Of a DNA stretch of 64,000 nt, positions 33,043 through 42,292 are shown in pieces. This DNA is from an uncultured Acidobacteriaceae bacterium (GTDB lineage: Bacteria > Acidobacteriota > Terriglobia > Terriglobales > Acidobacteriaceae). The stretch's first letter is position 1. Every line of letters starts with the position of its first letter. The translations under genes and the position numbers were made by a program. The stretch spans positions 228,822-292,821 of the forward strand of contig CAVQTQ010000005.1 in assembly GCA_963716615.1 (NCBI GenBank), given 5' to 3'. The notes below the pieces were generated by a model. That model did no database searches and had not been told where the DNA came from. It saw only the letters and a program-made list of their open reading frames with translations.

Positions 33043-35058
33043 TCAGACAGTTTCGGTAAAAATGTACTCGTGCTGTCCGTCGCGAATGATCAGCACCCGC
33101 TTGCCGGTGCGTTTACCCACCACGAACTCGAAGCCGTCGTTTGTGGGATCGATGGTGATGAATGAGATCGTGCCATCGTCATTCTTTCGCGATGCCACCG
33201 CGCTCTTCCACTCGCCGAAATCGAAAGTGGTCACTCCGCCCTGGTTCAGCACATCAAGTTCACCCAGTTCTTTGCTGGAGTAGTGCTTTGCTAAACCAGC
33301 CACCAGCGTTTGATCGGCGGGCACAACGAGTCGTTCCCGTTCTTTCGCCAGGGCGGCTTTGTAGCGTGCTGCCTGTCCGGCAACGTCGCCGGCTGCTTCG
33401 AGTTTGCCGTCGAAGACGACTTCCAGCAAGCGACGCCGGAATGGACCCAGCAGCATTCCCCCATTATCCGAATTCGTGAGCAGCACGGCGCCTATGCCGG
33501 AGTTCGGCAGAAAGTAAATGTCGGTCTTATAACCCGCCATGCTGCCGCCGTGATGCACCACTGGGACGCCGTAAGTGCGGTCAACGATCAATCCCATGCC
33601 ATAGCTCTGATCTTCTCCCAGAGCAATCTGCGGCGTCCTGCGCATCAGCAGATTTTCTGACGATACCAACTGCTTGCCGCTGGGCAGCTTGCCCAGCTCG
33701 AGCTCGAGTTGTACGTAGCGGATCAGATCGCCGGCCGAGGTCCACACACCACCGGCGGGACGGGCGGGCATGATCGAGTAGTCGAAGGCTAGGTTGGCTA
33801 CGGAGGGCTTGCCATCCACATCGTCTCCGTGCGGGCTGGCATGGTTGCCCACGAGGGCGCGCGCGTAATCGAAGGTCGTCGATTTCATCCCCAGCGGATC
33901 GAAAATCTTCTCCTGCATCGCCTTATCGTAGGCGACGCCCAGCTCCAGATTCGGATACACAAGATGCGCGCCAATATATCCCGCCGCCGCAGCCATCAGA
34001 TTGCTGTATTGAAATACTTCGCCAAACTTGCTGGTTGGCTGCATGGTCCCGAGCAACGCCAGGGTGGATTCCGGCGTGGCATTCTTGAACTCGAATAACC
34101 ATTCCAGATCCTGCCGTGGCATCCCGGTGCAGGCGCAGATCAGGTTCTTGACGAGAACTTTTTTCGTAGTGTCGGCATTGCCAAGTTTAAAGCTCGGGTA
34201 AACCTCGGTCACCGGTTCATCCCACTTCAACTTTTTCCCGTCGACGAGTTCCGACAGAAGCAGCGTCGTCATTCCTTTGGTGTTGGACGCCGCCATGAAT
34301 AAGGTATTTTCGTCCACCCGTTCAGGCTTGCCGAGTTCACGCACGCCAAGTCCGCCCGCGTACACGACCTTGCCTCCGTCAATCAACGCCATCGATGCGC
34401 CGGGGATGCCAAGCTCTTGCATGGAGGTTTCGACGAACGCCTTGAGCTCAGCGATATGCGCGGCATCCAGCGGCTCCGGCTTGCGTCCGGCAAAAGACTC
34501 GCGCTGGTAGCCCTTCGGACGCAGGCTCTGGATGATCAAGCTAACGGGTGCGGCGCGCTTCTCCAGGGTCGGTTCACTAGAGTTCAGAATGACCACGGTC
34601 CACGAGCTGCCGATGCGTAAGGCAATCGCCTGTACGGCAACCCGCTCGTTCGGAGAGGTCTCGTAGTCAAATACCTGCCGCTCTTCCCACCCGTTGCGCG
34701 CAGGACGCGGCGTGACTAGCTTAAGCGGCCACGTCTTCGGGGGGTTATAGGTGGCCCAGGCCTCAACGACCGCGGCCTTGGCGTCAGCCGCTCGGGAGTC
34801 GACGATGACGATGTGTGCATCCGGCTCGGGAGGCGCAAGTATAACCAGGTTCTTGCCGGTCACGATCGACCAACCGGCGGGAACCGTGAAAGTCGCTCCC
34901 CCCGGCGTCACGCGCGACGTATCCGCCGCCAGCAGCTCCGGCGCTGACCTTACGTCCGCTGATTGAGGTGAGGCCGCGGCGCTGGAAGCAAACGTGGCGC
35001 TCGGCACCAAAGCCGCGAACGCAAAGAATGCGAGTAGGACGTTTCGATAAATGGACAT
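33043..35058 (-). CDS. Serine hydrolase of the beta-lactamase / DD-peptidase family with extra N- and C-terminal domains, secreted
   Basis: Signal peptide. ASNTKGMT (SxxK), YSN motif (FQYSNLMAAAAGY), HGGSMAGY. Confidence 0.85.
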   Translation of the reverse strand: MSIYRNVLLAFFAFAALVPSATFASSAAASPQSADVRSAPELLAADTSRVTPGGATFTVPAGWSIVTGKNLVILAPPEPDAHIVIVDSRAADAKAAVVEAWATYNPPKTWPLKLVTPRPARNGWEERQVFDYETSPNERVAVQAIALRIGSSWTVVILNSSEPTLEKRAAPVSLIIQSLRPKGYQRESFAGRKPEPLDAAHIAELKAFVETSMQELGIPGASMALIDGGKVVYAGGLGVRELGKPERVDENTLFMAASNTKGMTTLLLSELVDGKKLKWDEPVTEVYPSFKLGNADTTKKVLVKNLICACTGMPRQDLEWLFEFKNATPESTLALLGTMQPTSKFGEVFQYSNLMAAAAGYIGAHLVYPNLELGVAYDKAMQEKIFDPLGMKSTTFDYARALVGNHASPHGDDVDGKPSVANLAFDYSIMPARPAGGVWTSAGDLIRYVQLELELGKLPSGKQLVSSENLLMRRTPQIALGEDQSYGMGLIVDRTYGVPVVHHGGSMAGYKTDIYFLPNSGIGAVLLTNSDNGGMLLGPFRRRLLEVVFDGKLEAAGDVAGQAARYKAALAKERERLVVPADQTLVAGLAKHYSSKELGELDVLNQGGVTTFDFGEWKSAVASRKNDDGTISFITIDPTNDGFEFVVGKRTGKRVLIIRDGQHEYIFTETV

Positions 35059-35198
35059 AAGAGCCCTCTAGCGTGATTGCGGAGACAACGATACACGCAG
35101 CGCAACAACTTGTAAAACATGCGGTGGAGACTCAGAAAGGCAGTCGAAGAACTCCCCTGAAGAGCTGAGAACTGACAGCAGAGAGCTGAGAGCTGCTC

Positions 35199-35555
35199 CT
35201 AGAACACGCCTTTGTTTTTCGTCGAAGGATGGAACTCGAGGGTGGTCGAGTAGCCGGGGAATTGGACTTGAACGCTGTAGTCGGCCTCGATCGTGAGACT
35301 GCCATTGCCGTAGTTGCCCACCCGCATAACCCGCACCTGCTTGGGCGTCAGCGCAATATCGTAATTGCGGGCCTGCTTGATAATGGCCTCGCGAATATCC
35401 TCTTCCGTACGCGCGGTGTAGGTTGACTGCACCGCTTCGGTCTTCATCGAATCCTCAAACTCGTAGTTCGAGAAAAACGGCGGAATGATCTTGATGCCCG
35501 CCAGCACCAGGGCCCCGAGGATGGCCAAGACGAAGACTAATTTCACAGTTGCCAT
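35199..35555 (-). CDS. Small membrane-anchored hypothetical protein (DUF4845-like)
   Basis: Start at ATG 35555: MATVKLVFVLAILGALVLAGIKIIPPFFSNYEFEDSMK... One N-terminal TM helix followed by a soluble domain. Confidence 0.6.
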   Translation of the reverse strand: MATVKLVFVLAILGALVLAGIKIIPPFFSNYEFEDSMKTEAVQSTYTARTEEDIREAIIKQARNYDIALTPKQVRVMRVGNYGNGSLTIEADYSVQVQFPGYSTTLEFHPSTKNKGVF

Positions 35556-35681
35556 AAGAAACAATCGCTCAATCGCTGGTTGCGAAGTTTCAGTTGCGAG
35601 TTTTCCATCGTGCAATAAGATGCGCTACGGGCCGTGTTCTTCCGGCTGGCGAGCGGCCGGGACCTTTCCTTTTCGCAGGTC

Positions 35682-37454
35682 TTAGCGCAGCCTCTGGAAA
35701 TACCCAGTTATGGCTGAAATTTTAACGTCCTCCTTGTGCAGAGTCGAGCGCTGAACGACTTCCACAGTATCTTCGGTAACCTTCTTTCCCACGTTGATTC
35801 GAAAGGGGATACCCACCAGGTCGGCGTCCTTGAATTTCACCCCCGGCCGTTCGTCCCGGTCGTCGAGCAAAACGTCAAATCCCGCCGCTTCCAGCTGCCG
35901 GGCCACGTCCTCGGAGGCGCTGCGGATGGCCTCGTCTTTCGAGTTAGTACTCACTACCACCACCTCAAACGGCGCAATCGAAGGCGGCAGCCAGAAGCCG
36001 TTCTCGTCGTTACGTTGCTCGACCGCCGCGGTCAGGATGCGCTCGATCCCAATCCCATAGCTGCCCATGATCGGCGCAACTTCCTTGCCATAGCGGTCAA
36101 GCACACGCGCGCCCATCGACTCCGAATACTTGTAGCCGAGTTTGAAGATGTGTCCGACTTCGACGGCGGTGTCGATGCGCAAGGGAGCGCCGCAATTTGG
36201 GCAGGCTTCGCCAGCGGTCAGGCTGCGCAGGTCGGCGTAAGCCGTAGGATGAAAAGTCTTCCCCGGCGTCAGGTTCTTGACGTGATAGTCCTCTTTGTTC
36301 GCGCCCCCGATCAGGTTGGTGCGGCCCTCGAGCGCCCTATCGACCAGCAGGATCGGCTTCGCGGAATCGTTCACGTCCTTTGCCCAGTCGGTGCCTAACG
36401 GGCCAAGATATCCGGCAGGCGCGCCGAACAGCTCGCGGATTTCTTCTTCCTGCATGGGACGCGTCTCTTTGCCCGCAACCGCCGTCGAAAGCTTGGCTTC
36501 GTTCATCTGATGATCGCCGCGCATGAGCAGCACGACGGCGCGCGCGCGCGCCTTTCCTGTTTTCGCATCTGTTTCGGTGATCATCATCGCCAAAGTCTTC
36601 ATCATGTGCTTCGGCGATACACCGAGAAACCGCGCCACGTCTTCAATCGTCTTCTGTCCTGGAGTGTGCACCTCGAGCGGCGCGCTAACGTCCAGCCGTC
36701 CACCGCCCTCGGCCTTCAGATCTTCGACCGGAGCAAGTTTCGAAGTAGCCTTCTCCATATTCGCCGCATAGTTGCACTTCTCGCAGCTGACGACCAAATC
36801 CTCGCCCGCCGGCGTGCGCACCATGAACTCCTGCGACTGCGATCCGCCCATGGCGCCCGAGTGTGCGTCGATCACCATGTACTTTAGGCCGCAGCGGTCG
36901 AAGATGCGGCAGTAAGTGTCGTGATGCTTCTGATACGAAACATCGAGCCCCGCCGCATCTATGTCGAACGAGTACGCGTCCTTCATGATGAACTGGCGGA
37001 CCCGCAGCAGTCCCGACTTCGGACGAGGCTCGTCGCGAAACTTGGTTTGTATCTGATACCAGATCTGCGGCAGCTGCTTGTAGCTGCGCAGTTCCTTGCG
37101 CGCGATGTCGGTCATGACTTCTTCGTGCGTCATGCCCAGACACAGATCAGCGCCCTTGCGATCCTTGAGGCGAAACATGTTCTCGCCCATCGCCGTCCAG
37201 CGCCCGCTCGCTTCCCAAATCTCGCGTGGATTCAGTGCCGGCAGGTAAAATTCCTGCCCGATCTTGTCCATCTCCTCGCGGACGATGCCCATGATTTTCT
37301 GCGTACTGCGATTGCCGAGGAACAGAAACGAATAGATCCCAGCGCCCAGTTGACGAATGTATCCCGCGCGGACCAACAGCTTGTGACTAGCGACTTCGGC
37401 ATCGGCCGGAGCCTCGCGAAGAGTAGGAATGAAGAGTTGCGACCAGCGGTGCAT
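35682..37454 (-). CDS. proS: Proline--tRNA ligase (bacterial type with INS editing domain)
   Basis: [44 protein letters not shown], class II motifs [25 protein letters not shown] and [11 protein letters not shown]. The ORF track starts at an upstream TTG (37469). Confidence 0.93.
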   Translation of the reverse strand: MHRWSQLFIPTLREAPADAEVASHKLLVRAGYIRQLGAGIYSFLFLGNRSTQKIMGIVREEMDKIGQEFYLPALNPREIWEASGRWTAMGENMFRLKDRKGADLCLGMTHEEVMTDIARKELRSYKQLPQIWYQIQTKFRDEPRPKSGLLRVRQFIMKDAYSFDIDAAGLDVSYQKHHDTYCRIFDRCGLKYMVIDAHSGAMGGSQSQEFMVRTPAGEDLVVSCEKCNYAANMEKATSKLAPVEDLKAEGGGRLDVSAPLEVHTPGQKTIEDVARFLGVSPKHMMKTLAMMITETDAKTGKARARAVVLLMRGDHQMNEAKLSTAVAGKETRPMQEEEIRELFGAPAGYLGPLGTDWAKDVNDSAKPILLVDRALEGRTNLIGGANKEDYHVKNLTPGKTFHPTAYADLRSLTAGEACPNCGAPLRIDTAVEVGHIFKLGYKYSESMGARVLDRYGKEVAPIMGSYGIGIERILTAAVEQRNDENGFWLPPSIAPFEVVVVSTNSKDEAIRSASEDVARQLEAAGFDVLLDDRDERPGVKFKDADLVGIPFRINVGKKVTEDTVEVVQRSTLHKEDVKISAITGYFQRLR

Positions 37455-37594
37455 GGTTATGGTTTCCAATCGAGAGAGAATCTTTCTTAGAGAGAATCAT
37501 CGATTGTAAATGACGAGGATTGTAAACGACGGTGTTCGTGTGGGGACGGCGTCTCGCCCGTCCAAGCCGAGCGCAAGCTCGGCAGCGTTGATTG

Positions 37595-38944
37595 GATAAG
37601 AGCGAAGGCTCGGTTCGACCCGGTAGTCTTGGTTTGAGGATCAAAGACGCTGGGAAGAAAGGAGTCTTCGCACATGATGATTATAGGATGTGATTTCCAT
37701 CCCAGCTGGCAGCAGGTGAGTTGGTTGGACACGGAGACGGGAGAAACGGGAGAAGAGAAGCTGGTGCAAGCCTCGGGCGATGCGGAGCGATTCTACCGGC
37801 GGTTGCCGGCGCCGGCCCTGATCGGCATGGAGGCGACGGGAAACTGTCACTGGCTAGTGGATTTGCTGGCGGAGTTGGGTCACGAGTTGTGGGTGGGGGA
37901 TGCGGGGCAGATTCGAGCGAGTTATGTGCGGCAGCAGAAGACGGACAAGCGGGACGCGGCGCACATTCTGAAGCTGATGGTGGAAGGGCGGTTTCCGCGT
38001 ATCTGGATGCCGTCGAGCGAGGTGCGCGATCTGCGGCAGTTGCTGCTGCATCGCTACAAACTGGTCGTGATTCGGGCGCGGGTGAAGAACGAACTGCAAC
38101 ACCTGTGCCTGAACAAGGGAGTGCAGCGCAAACACAAGCTGTGGACGAAGGCGGGACAGCAGGTGCTGCGCGAGTTGCCGTTGCAGGCGTGGGCGGGGCG
38201 TCGGCGAGACGACTTACTCGGGCTGATGGCGATGCTCGACCAGCAGATCGAGCCGCTGGATGAGGCGGTAAAGTCAGAAGCGCAACGAGACAAAATGGCG
38301 CTTCTGCTTCAAACCCAACCCGGCGTGGGACCGGTCACGGCGTTGGCGTATGTGCTGACCATGGGCGAGGTCGGGCGTTTCCCGCGCGGCAAGCAGGTGG
38401 CGAGTTACTTGGGACTGATTCCGCGCGAGCATTCTTCGGGCGGACGGCAACATCTGGGTGCGATCTCGAAGCAAGGCAATCGCATGCTGCGGATGTTGCT
38501 GGTGGAAGCGGCGACCACAGCGGTTCGACTGGACCCGGGGTTTCGCCAAGAGTACTTGCATCGTTGCCATCAGAAGCCGAAAGCGGTGGCCAAGGTGGCG
38601 GCGGCGCGCAAGTTGGCCATACGACTGTACTGGATGCTGCGCACCAACAAGCCATATCCAGACGTCGTTCGTATCGAGAGCAGCCCGCGGGTGCCCCTGG
38701 TCGGCGCGAGCTAGACCGTGAAGTTGATTGGGCGCTCTCGCATCCCGTAGAGACGGGATGTTCGCATGGAAGAATCATGGCCGAGGTCAGGGCCGAATCG
38801 ATGGTTGGTGGAACGACGAGTCCACCGCAGGGTGATTCAGCGTGAGATTTCCAGAGTCTTGGTCCTCAACCTCTCTGGCAGACGAAGCGGTGCTCCGGCA
38901 CTGCCCAGGACAACTATGGCCTTGACAGTGCCTTCGCTCTTATC
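37595..38944 (+). mobile_element. IS110-family insertion sequence (about 1.35 kb) delimited by a 15-bp perfect inverted repeat
   Basis: GATAAGAGCGAAGGC at 37595-37609 and its reverse complement GCCTTCGCTCTTATC at 38930-38944 bracket the transposase gene (79 nt upstream, 230 nt downstream). Whether these are terminal or subterminal cannot be decided from one copy. Confidence 0.65.
37674..38714 (+). CDS. IS110-family transposase (DEDD N-terminal domain plus Transposase_20 C-terminal domain)
   Basis: MMIIGCDFHPSWQQVSWLD...IGMEATGNCHWL... then LQTQPGVGPVTALAYVLTMGEVGRFPRGKQVASYLGLIPREHSSGGRQHLGAISKQGNRMLRMLLVEAA. Confidence 0.9.
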   Translation: MMIIGCDFHPSWQQVSWLDTETGETGEEKLVQASGDAERFYRRLPAPALIGMEATGNCHWLVDLLAELGHELWVGDAGQIRASYVRQQKTDKRDAAHILKLMVEGRFPRIWMPSSEVRDLRQLLLHRYKLVVIRARVKNELQHLCLNKGVQRKHKLWTKAGQQVLRELPLQAWAGRRRDDLLGLMAMLDQQIEPLDEAVKSEAQRDKMALLLQTQPGVGPVTALAYVLTMGEVGRFPRGKQVASYLGLIPREHSSGGRQHLGAISKQGNRMLRMLLVEAATTAVRLDPGFRQEYLHRCHQKPKAVAKVAAARKLAIRLYWMLRTNKPYPDVVRIESSPRVPLVGAS

Positions 38945-38966
38945 GAGGGGCACCCGGCGCTATCGA

Positions 38967-39911
38967 CTAGGCGAGAGCCGCCCTATATAAGGCAACGAGT
39001 TTCCCCCAGGCGCGCTCGGCTTGGACTTTATCGTAGATCGGTGCGCCATCGCGCATGGGCATATCGGGTATGCACCATCCGTGCTGGGCTGGATAGACTT
39101 CGATTTCGGCTGGCACGTGAGCGGCGGCGAAGGCTTCCCTCAGCTTGTCTTTGGCATCGGGCTGTTTCGCATCGTCACTCGATGCGATCCCGAAATACAT
39201 ACGCGCCTTGATCTTCGGCGCGAGCAGATGCGGGCTGTCGGGTTTGTCGGTTACCAGGCCTCCGCCGTGGAACGACGCGCCCGCGCCAATGCGATCGGAC
39301 ACTGCCGCGGCCGTTCTCACCACCAGCGCGCCGCCCATGCAGTAGCCTTGGGTTCCAATCTTTTTTGCCGTGTTCACTTCTTTTTGCGCGTCGAGGAAGG
39401 CAACGTACGTGGCCGCATCCTTTTCGGCGTTGCCGGGTGCGTTCACCGACGCCATCAGCGGCCTAAGTTTCGCTACATCGTCCGGATTCTGGAAGTTGAA
39501 CTTTGAGGCATCGGTGAAAGGCGCTTTGGACACGCGATAAAAGGGATTGGGCACCAGGACGGAATATCCCTCAGAGGCGATATTCCTGCCAATGGTGCGC
39601 ATCGATGGCCGTAAACCGAAAGCGTCAGGCCAGATCAGTACTCCTGGATAGGATCCGCTTTTCGCGAGTGACGTCGGATTAGACTTGGGATGAGATTTGG
39701 GATAAATGAACGCGGCGTCGCAAGTTCCATCCGGAGTCTTGATCGCGACGTCGGTTTCGACCAGCTCAATGCCAATATCCGCGGCCGCAGTCGAGGATGA
39801 TGACACAGATGCAGCAATGCCCGCGCCCACCACCAGGGCTGCAAAGTCGCGGCGTGTGATGTCTCTTGGATGAAACTCGTTTGCGGGTTGGTTTTTCTCG
39901 TCGTCGGTCAT
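38967..39911 (-). CDS. Dienelactone hydrolase family protein, Tat-exported
   Basis: Twin-arginine signal TRRDFAALVVGAGIAASVSS. Nucleophile motif GTQGYCMGGALV. Distal His in HGW. Confidence 0.85.
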   Translation of the reverse strand: MTDDEKNQPANEFHPRDITRRDFAALVVGAGIAASVSSSSTAAADIGIELVETDVAIKTPDGTCDAAFIYPKSHPKSNPTSLAKSGSYPGVLIWPDAFGLRPSMRTIGRNIASEGYSVLVPNPFYRVSKAPFTDASKFNFQNPDDVAKLRPLMASVNAPGNAEKDAATYVAFLDAQKEVNTAKKIGTQGYCMGGALVVRTAAAVSDRIGAGASFHGGGLVTDKPDSPHLLAPKIKARMYFGIASSDDAKQPDAKDKLREAFAAAHVPAEIEVYPAQHGWCIPDMPMRDGAPIYDKVQAERAWGKLVALYRAALA

Positions 39912-40069
39912 GGCTTTTGTGCAGAAAGTTTAGCGCATTTCGCCATCAGACCGCATCCCCAGATCATCACAGAGATCATCACAGCCCCTGGGAGTGTCCC
40001 ACTCCTTGCGTTTTTTGCAAGGGGTGGATGCCGGCGGGCAATTGACAGACGTGCTATCGTATATACATA

Positions 40070-40368
40070 GTCGTCTATACAAAGACTGCCGCGGAATTTG
40101 CCTGGGATGAACGAAAGAATCAGATCAACAAGCGAAAGCACGGTGTCAGCTTCGAGACGGCCAAACTGGTCTTCGACGACCCTCACCATCTGACGCGGCA
40201 AGACCGCGAGGTAGATGGCGAGCCACGCTGGCAGACGATTGGAGTTTCAACGGAGTTCACCTGTTACTCGTCGCTCACATCGTAGACGAGGATGAGGAAG
40301 TGATCCGCATCCTTTCGGCACGAAAGGCAACCCGTAGCGAACGGAGTACGTATGCGCAAAGCAACTAA
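40070..40368 (+). pseudogene. brnT: brnT (DUF497 ribonuclease toxin) pseudogene: no start codon and a 1-nt frameshift
   Basis: Frame A reads EFAWDERKNQINKRKHGVSFETAKLVFDDPHHLTRQDREVDGEPRWQTIGVS and stops at 40283. Frame B (-1) reads NGVHLLLVAHIVDEDEEVIRILSARKATRSERSTY* to 40368. There is no ATG/GTG/TTG between the in-frame TGA at 40043 and the conserved FxWD. Confidence 0.65.
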
Positions 40369-40666
40369 GCACAGGAAGGTGAAGCAGGCCTCTGGACAGA
40401 CCCGCACCGCAAAACAAAAAAGAGACTTGGCGGCTTTGGCCGCGTTGCCCGACGACCAGATCGACACTTCGGATATTCCGGAGCTCCCGCCCAGCGCGTG
40501 GAAAGACGCGGTTCGAGGGAGGTTTTATCGTCCGCTGAAGCAGCCCATTTCCATGCGGCTCGATGCCGATGTGGTTGCCTGGCTGAAGAAACGCGGCAAG
40601 GGCTATCAGACGCGGGTCAATAGCATCTTGAGGCACACGATGCTGACCGACATTAAGCGGAGCTGA
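40352..40666 (+). CDS. brnA: BrnA-family antitoxin
   Basis: DDQIDTSDIPELPPSAWKDAVRGRFYRPLKQPISMRLDADVVAWLKKRGKGYQTRVNSILRHTM matches the BrnA_antitoxin pattern (...RLD.DV..W.K..G.GYQTR.N..LR). It overlaps the brnT remnant by 17 nt. Confidence 0.75.
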   Translation: MRKATKHRKVKQASGQTRTAKQKRDLAALAALPDDQIDTSDIPELPPSAWKDAVRGRFYRPLKQPISMRLDADVVAWLKKRGKGYQTRVNSILRHTMLTDIKRS

Positions 40667-40686
40667 CACTTGGATCTTGGAATTTT

Positions 40687-40875
40687 ATGAAGAGCGCTCG
40701 TAAAACGCGAAGGCCAATGTCGGCAGAAGCCATCGCACGCCTTGCCGACCGGGGGTGTGATGTGTCCCGGTTCTTCACCAATGCCGGACGCATGATGACG
40801 GCGTGGCCGATCCGGACGGTGAATGTTGACAAGGATGTGGGGGTCCTTCGACTCCGCAGGGACTTCACTTCGTGA
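40687..40875 (+). pseudogene. Truncated CopG/RHH-type antitoxin-like ORF
   Basis: MSAEAIARLADRGCDVSRFFTNAGRMM...RTVNVD resembles the N-terminal part of CopG-type antitoxins (..D.S.FF....RVNVDFP..). The reading frame ends inside hairpin 40859-40882, before any ribbon-helix-helix. Confidence 0.35.
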
Positions 40876-41109
40876 AGTTCCCGCTGCGCTCAGGATGACA
40901 CACTGAATTTGGCTCCTCTTCAGCCGCTTGCTTCCAACTGGTTGATTTCACGCAGGATGGTTGAAATCGGCCACTCGTCTTCCCGCAACTTTTCTCCGTC
41001 ATCCGAGTTCAAATGTGTAGGCGCTTCAGAAGAAACAGAAAGCTGAAGGACCTCATGCTCGGGCGATTCAAACGAGCGAATCGCTGAGGGGAAGAAAGGG
41101 AGGTTCACC

Positions 41110-41508
41110 ATGAAATACCTGAAATATGTTGCGATGATTGCTTTACTGGCCATGCCGCTTGCGTATGCGCAAGCTGCAGTCGGAATTGGAGTGGGGATCG
41201 GCGTTGGCGTTGGCCCGGTGGCTGGCCCGCCAGTCTGCGCTTACGGCTATTACCCGGACTATCCGTATGCTTGCGCGCCCTACGGCTACTACGGTCCAAG
41301 CTGGTTCGTCAATGGGATCTTTATCGGCGCAGGACCCTGGTACCACGGCTGGGGACATCCATACTATGGGCGCGGCTACGGTCGCGGCTTTTACGGACGC
41401 GGTTTTGAGGGACATGGTCCGGCGGCTGGGCGCGGCTTCGTGGCGCGCGGCTCGGTCGGGGGTTCCCGCGGCGGATTCCACGGTGGAGGGTCCCGCGGTC
41501 GCCGCTGA
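41110..41508 (+). CDS. Small secreted Gly/Tyr-rich protein
   Basis: GGGAGG Shine-Dalgarno sequence. Signal peptide MKYLKYVAMIALLAMPLAYAQA. The remainder is YGYYPDYPYACAPYGYYGPSW...GRGYGRGFYGRGFEGHG... Confidence 0.6.
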   Translation: MKYLKYVAMIALLAMPLAYAQAAVGIGVGIGVGVGPVAGPPVCAYGYYPDYPYACAPYGYYGPSWFVNGIFIGAGPWYHGWGHPYYGRGYGRGFYGRGFEGHGPAAGRGFVARGSVGGSRGGFHGGGSRGRR

Positions 41509-41593
41509 CCTGTTGCACCGAAAATTGACGAGCGGCTGGCACGACGAATCTGCCAGCCGTTTTTCTTTGTTTCCGCGTGATATCATCCTTCGC

Positions 41594-41911
41594 GTGCTAG
41601 GCGGACGCAGCAACGAGCATCGCACGAATGAGCAATGGATCGCGCAATATGGATCCAGTCATCGGCATCCGGTGAACCGGATATGTCACACGCTGGGCAT
41701 TCCGACCATCCTGCTCTCGGTCCCACTTTTTATCGCCAGCATCTTCTTGCACCGCCTGCGGCTGTACGCGCTGGCTCTGTTCCTCGTCGGATGGGTTTTC
41801 CAGTTCATCGGCCACGCCTTCGAGGGCAAGCCGCCGGAATTCTTCCACGACTGGCGTTTCCTGTTCGTCGGCGTGCGCTGGTGGTGGGCTAAGATCCACG
41901 GCAAAGCCTGA
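41594..41911 (+). CDS. DUF962 (Mpo1/YGL010w-like) membrane protein
   Basis: From GTG 41594: ..EQWIAQYGSSHRHPVNRICHTLGIPTILLSVPLFI...GWVFQFIGHAFEGKPPEFFHDWRFLFVG. The long ORF-track version 41138..41911 overlaps the previous gene and is rejected. Confidence 0.7.
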   Translation: MLGGRSNEHRTNEQWIAQYGSSHRHPVNRICHTLGIPTILLSVPLFIASIFLHRLRLYALALFLVGWVFQFIGHAFEGKPPEFFHDWRFLFVGVRWWWAKIHGKA

Positions 41912-41963
41912 TCTGTCAAGGCGGCGGCTGAAATCTCCCAATACTCTCGCGGGTTATCCGCCT

Positions 41964-41990
41964 GGACGGCCGAGGGCGGCCGTCCCTACG
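41964..41990. repeat. REP-like hairpin family A, copy 1 (GGACGGCCG-AGGG-CGGCCGTCC-CTACG)
   Basis: 9-bp stem, AGGG loop and a conserved CCCTACG tail. Intergenic, next to the stop of 42005..42214. Confidence 0.7.
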
Positions 41991-42004
41991 TGAGACTCGA
42001 CGAA

Positions 42005-42214
42005 CTACGCGGCCAGGCGCTGCAAGATTTCCTTGCCCAGTTTTTGCGCTTCACCGAAAAATTTCTGGTATTCGAGGAAAATGCGGTTCAGTTCCAGCGA
42101 CTGGTCGGCGGTGAGCTTGTGGCGCAGCATCATGTCGCGCACGTGGACGGGGTTGGGCAGGGTGGCGTCTTCGGTCAGTTCTTCAAGGGCGGTTGATGGA
42201 TTGTAGTGGTACAT
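42005..42214 (-). CDS. Small hypothetical protein (69 aa), weakly supported
   Basis: MYHYNPSTALEELTEDATLPNPVHVRDMMLRHKLTADQSLELNRIFLEYQKFF... looks protein-like. However, the ahcY terminator ends only about 25 nt upstream, leaving little room for a promoter. Confidence 0.35.
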   Translation of the reverse strand: MYHYNPSTALEELTEDATLPNPVHVRDMMLRHKLTADQSLELNRIFLEYQKFFGEAQKLGKEILQRLAA

Positions 42215-42237
42215 GCATTTCATTCTAGCGCGGTGCC

Positions 42238-42268
42238 CAAGAGAAAAGGGCGGCGTGAGCCGCCCCCT
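42238..42268 (-). terminator. Rho-independent terminator of ahcY
   Basis: The minus strand reads GGGCGGC-TCAC-GCCGCCC followed by TTTTCTCTT, about 25 nt after the ahcY stop. Confidence 0.65.
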
Positions 42269-42292
42269 TAAGACTTAAAACCTGACATCTGC

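Noticed and set aside
40920-41153. 77-aa minus ORF between the TA remnants and the Gly/Tyr-rich gene
   Set aside because: Its N-terminus overlaps the well-supported signal peptide and Shine-Dalgarno sequence of 41110..41508 on the other strand. Only the C-terminal 30 aa look protein-like, and no start or Shine-Dalgarno sequence is evident.
41138-41911. 257-aa ORF spanning the Gly/Tyr-rich gene and the DUF962 gene
   Set aside because: The N-terminal two-thirds is an alternative frame of 41110..41508 with no protein-like features. The conserved DUF962 part begins near GTG 41594.
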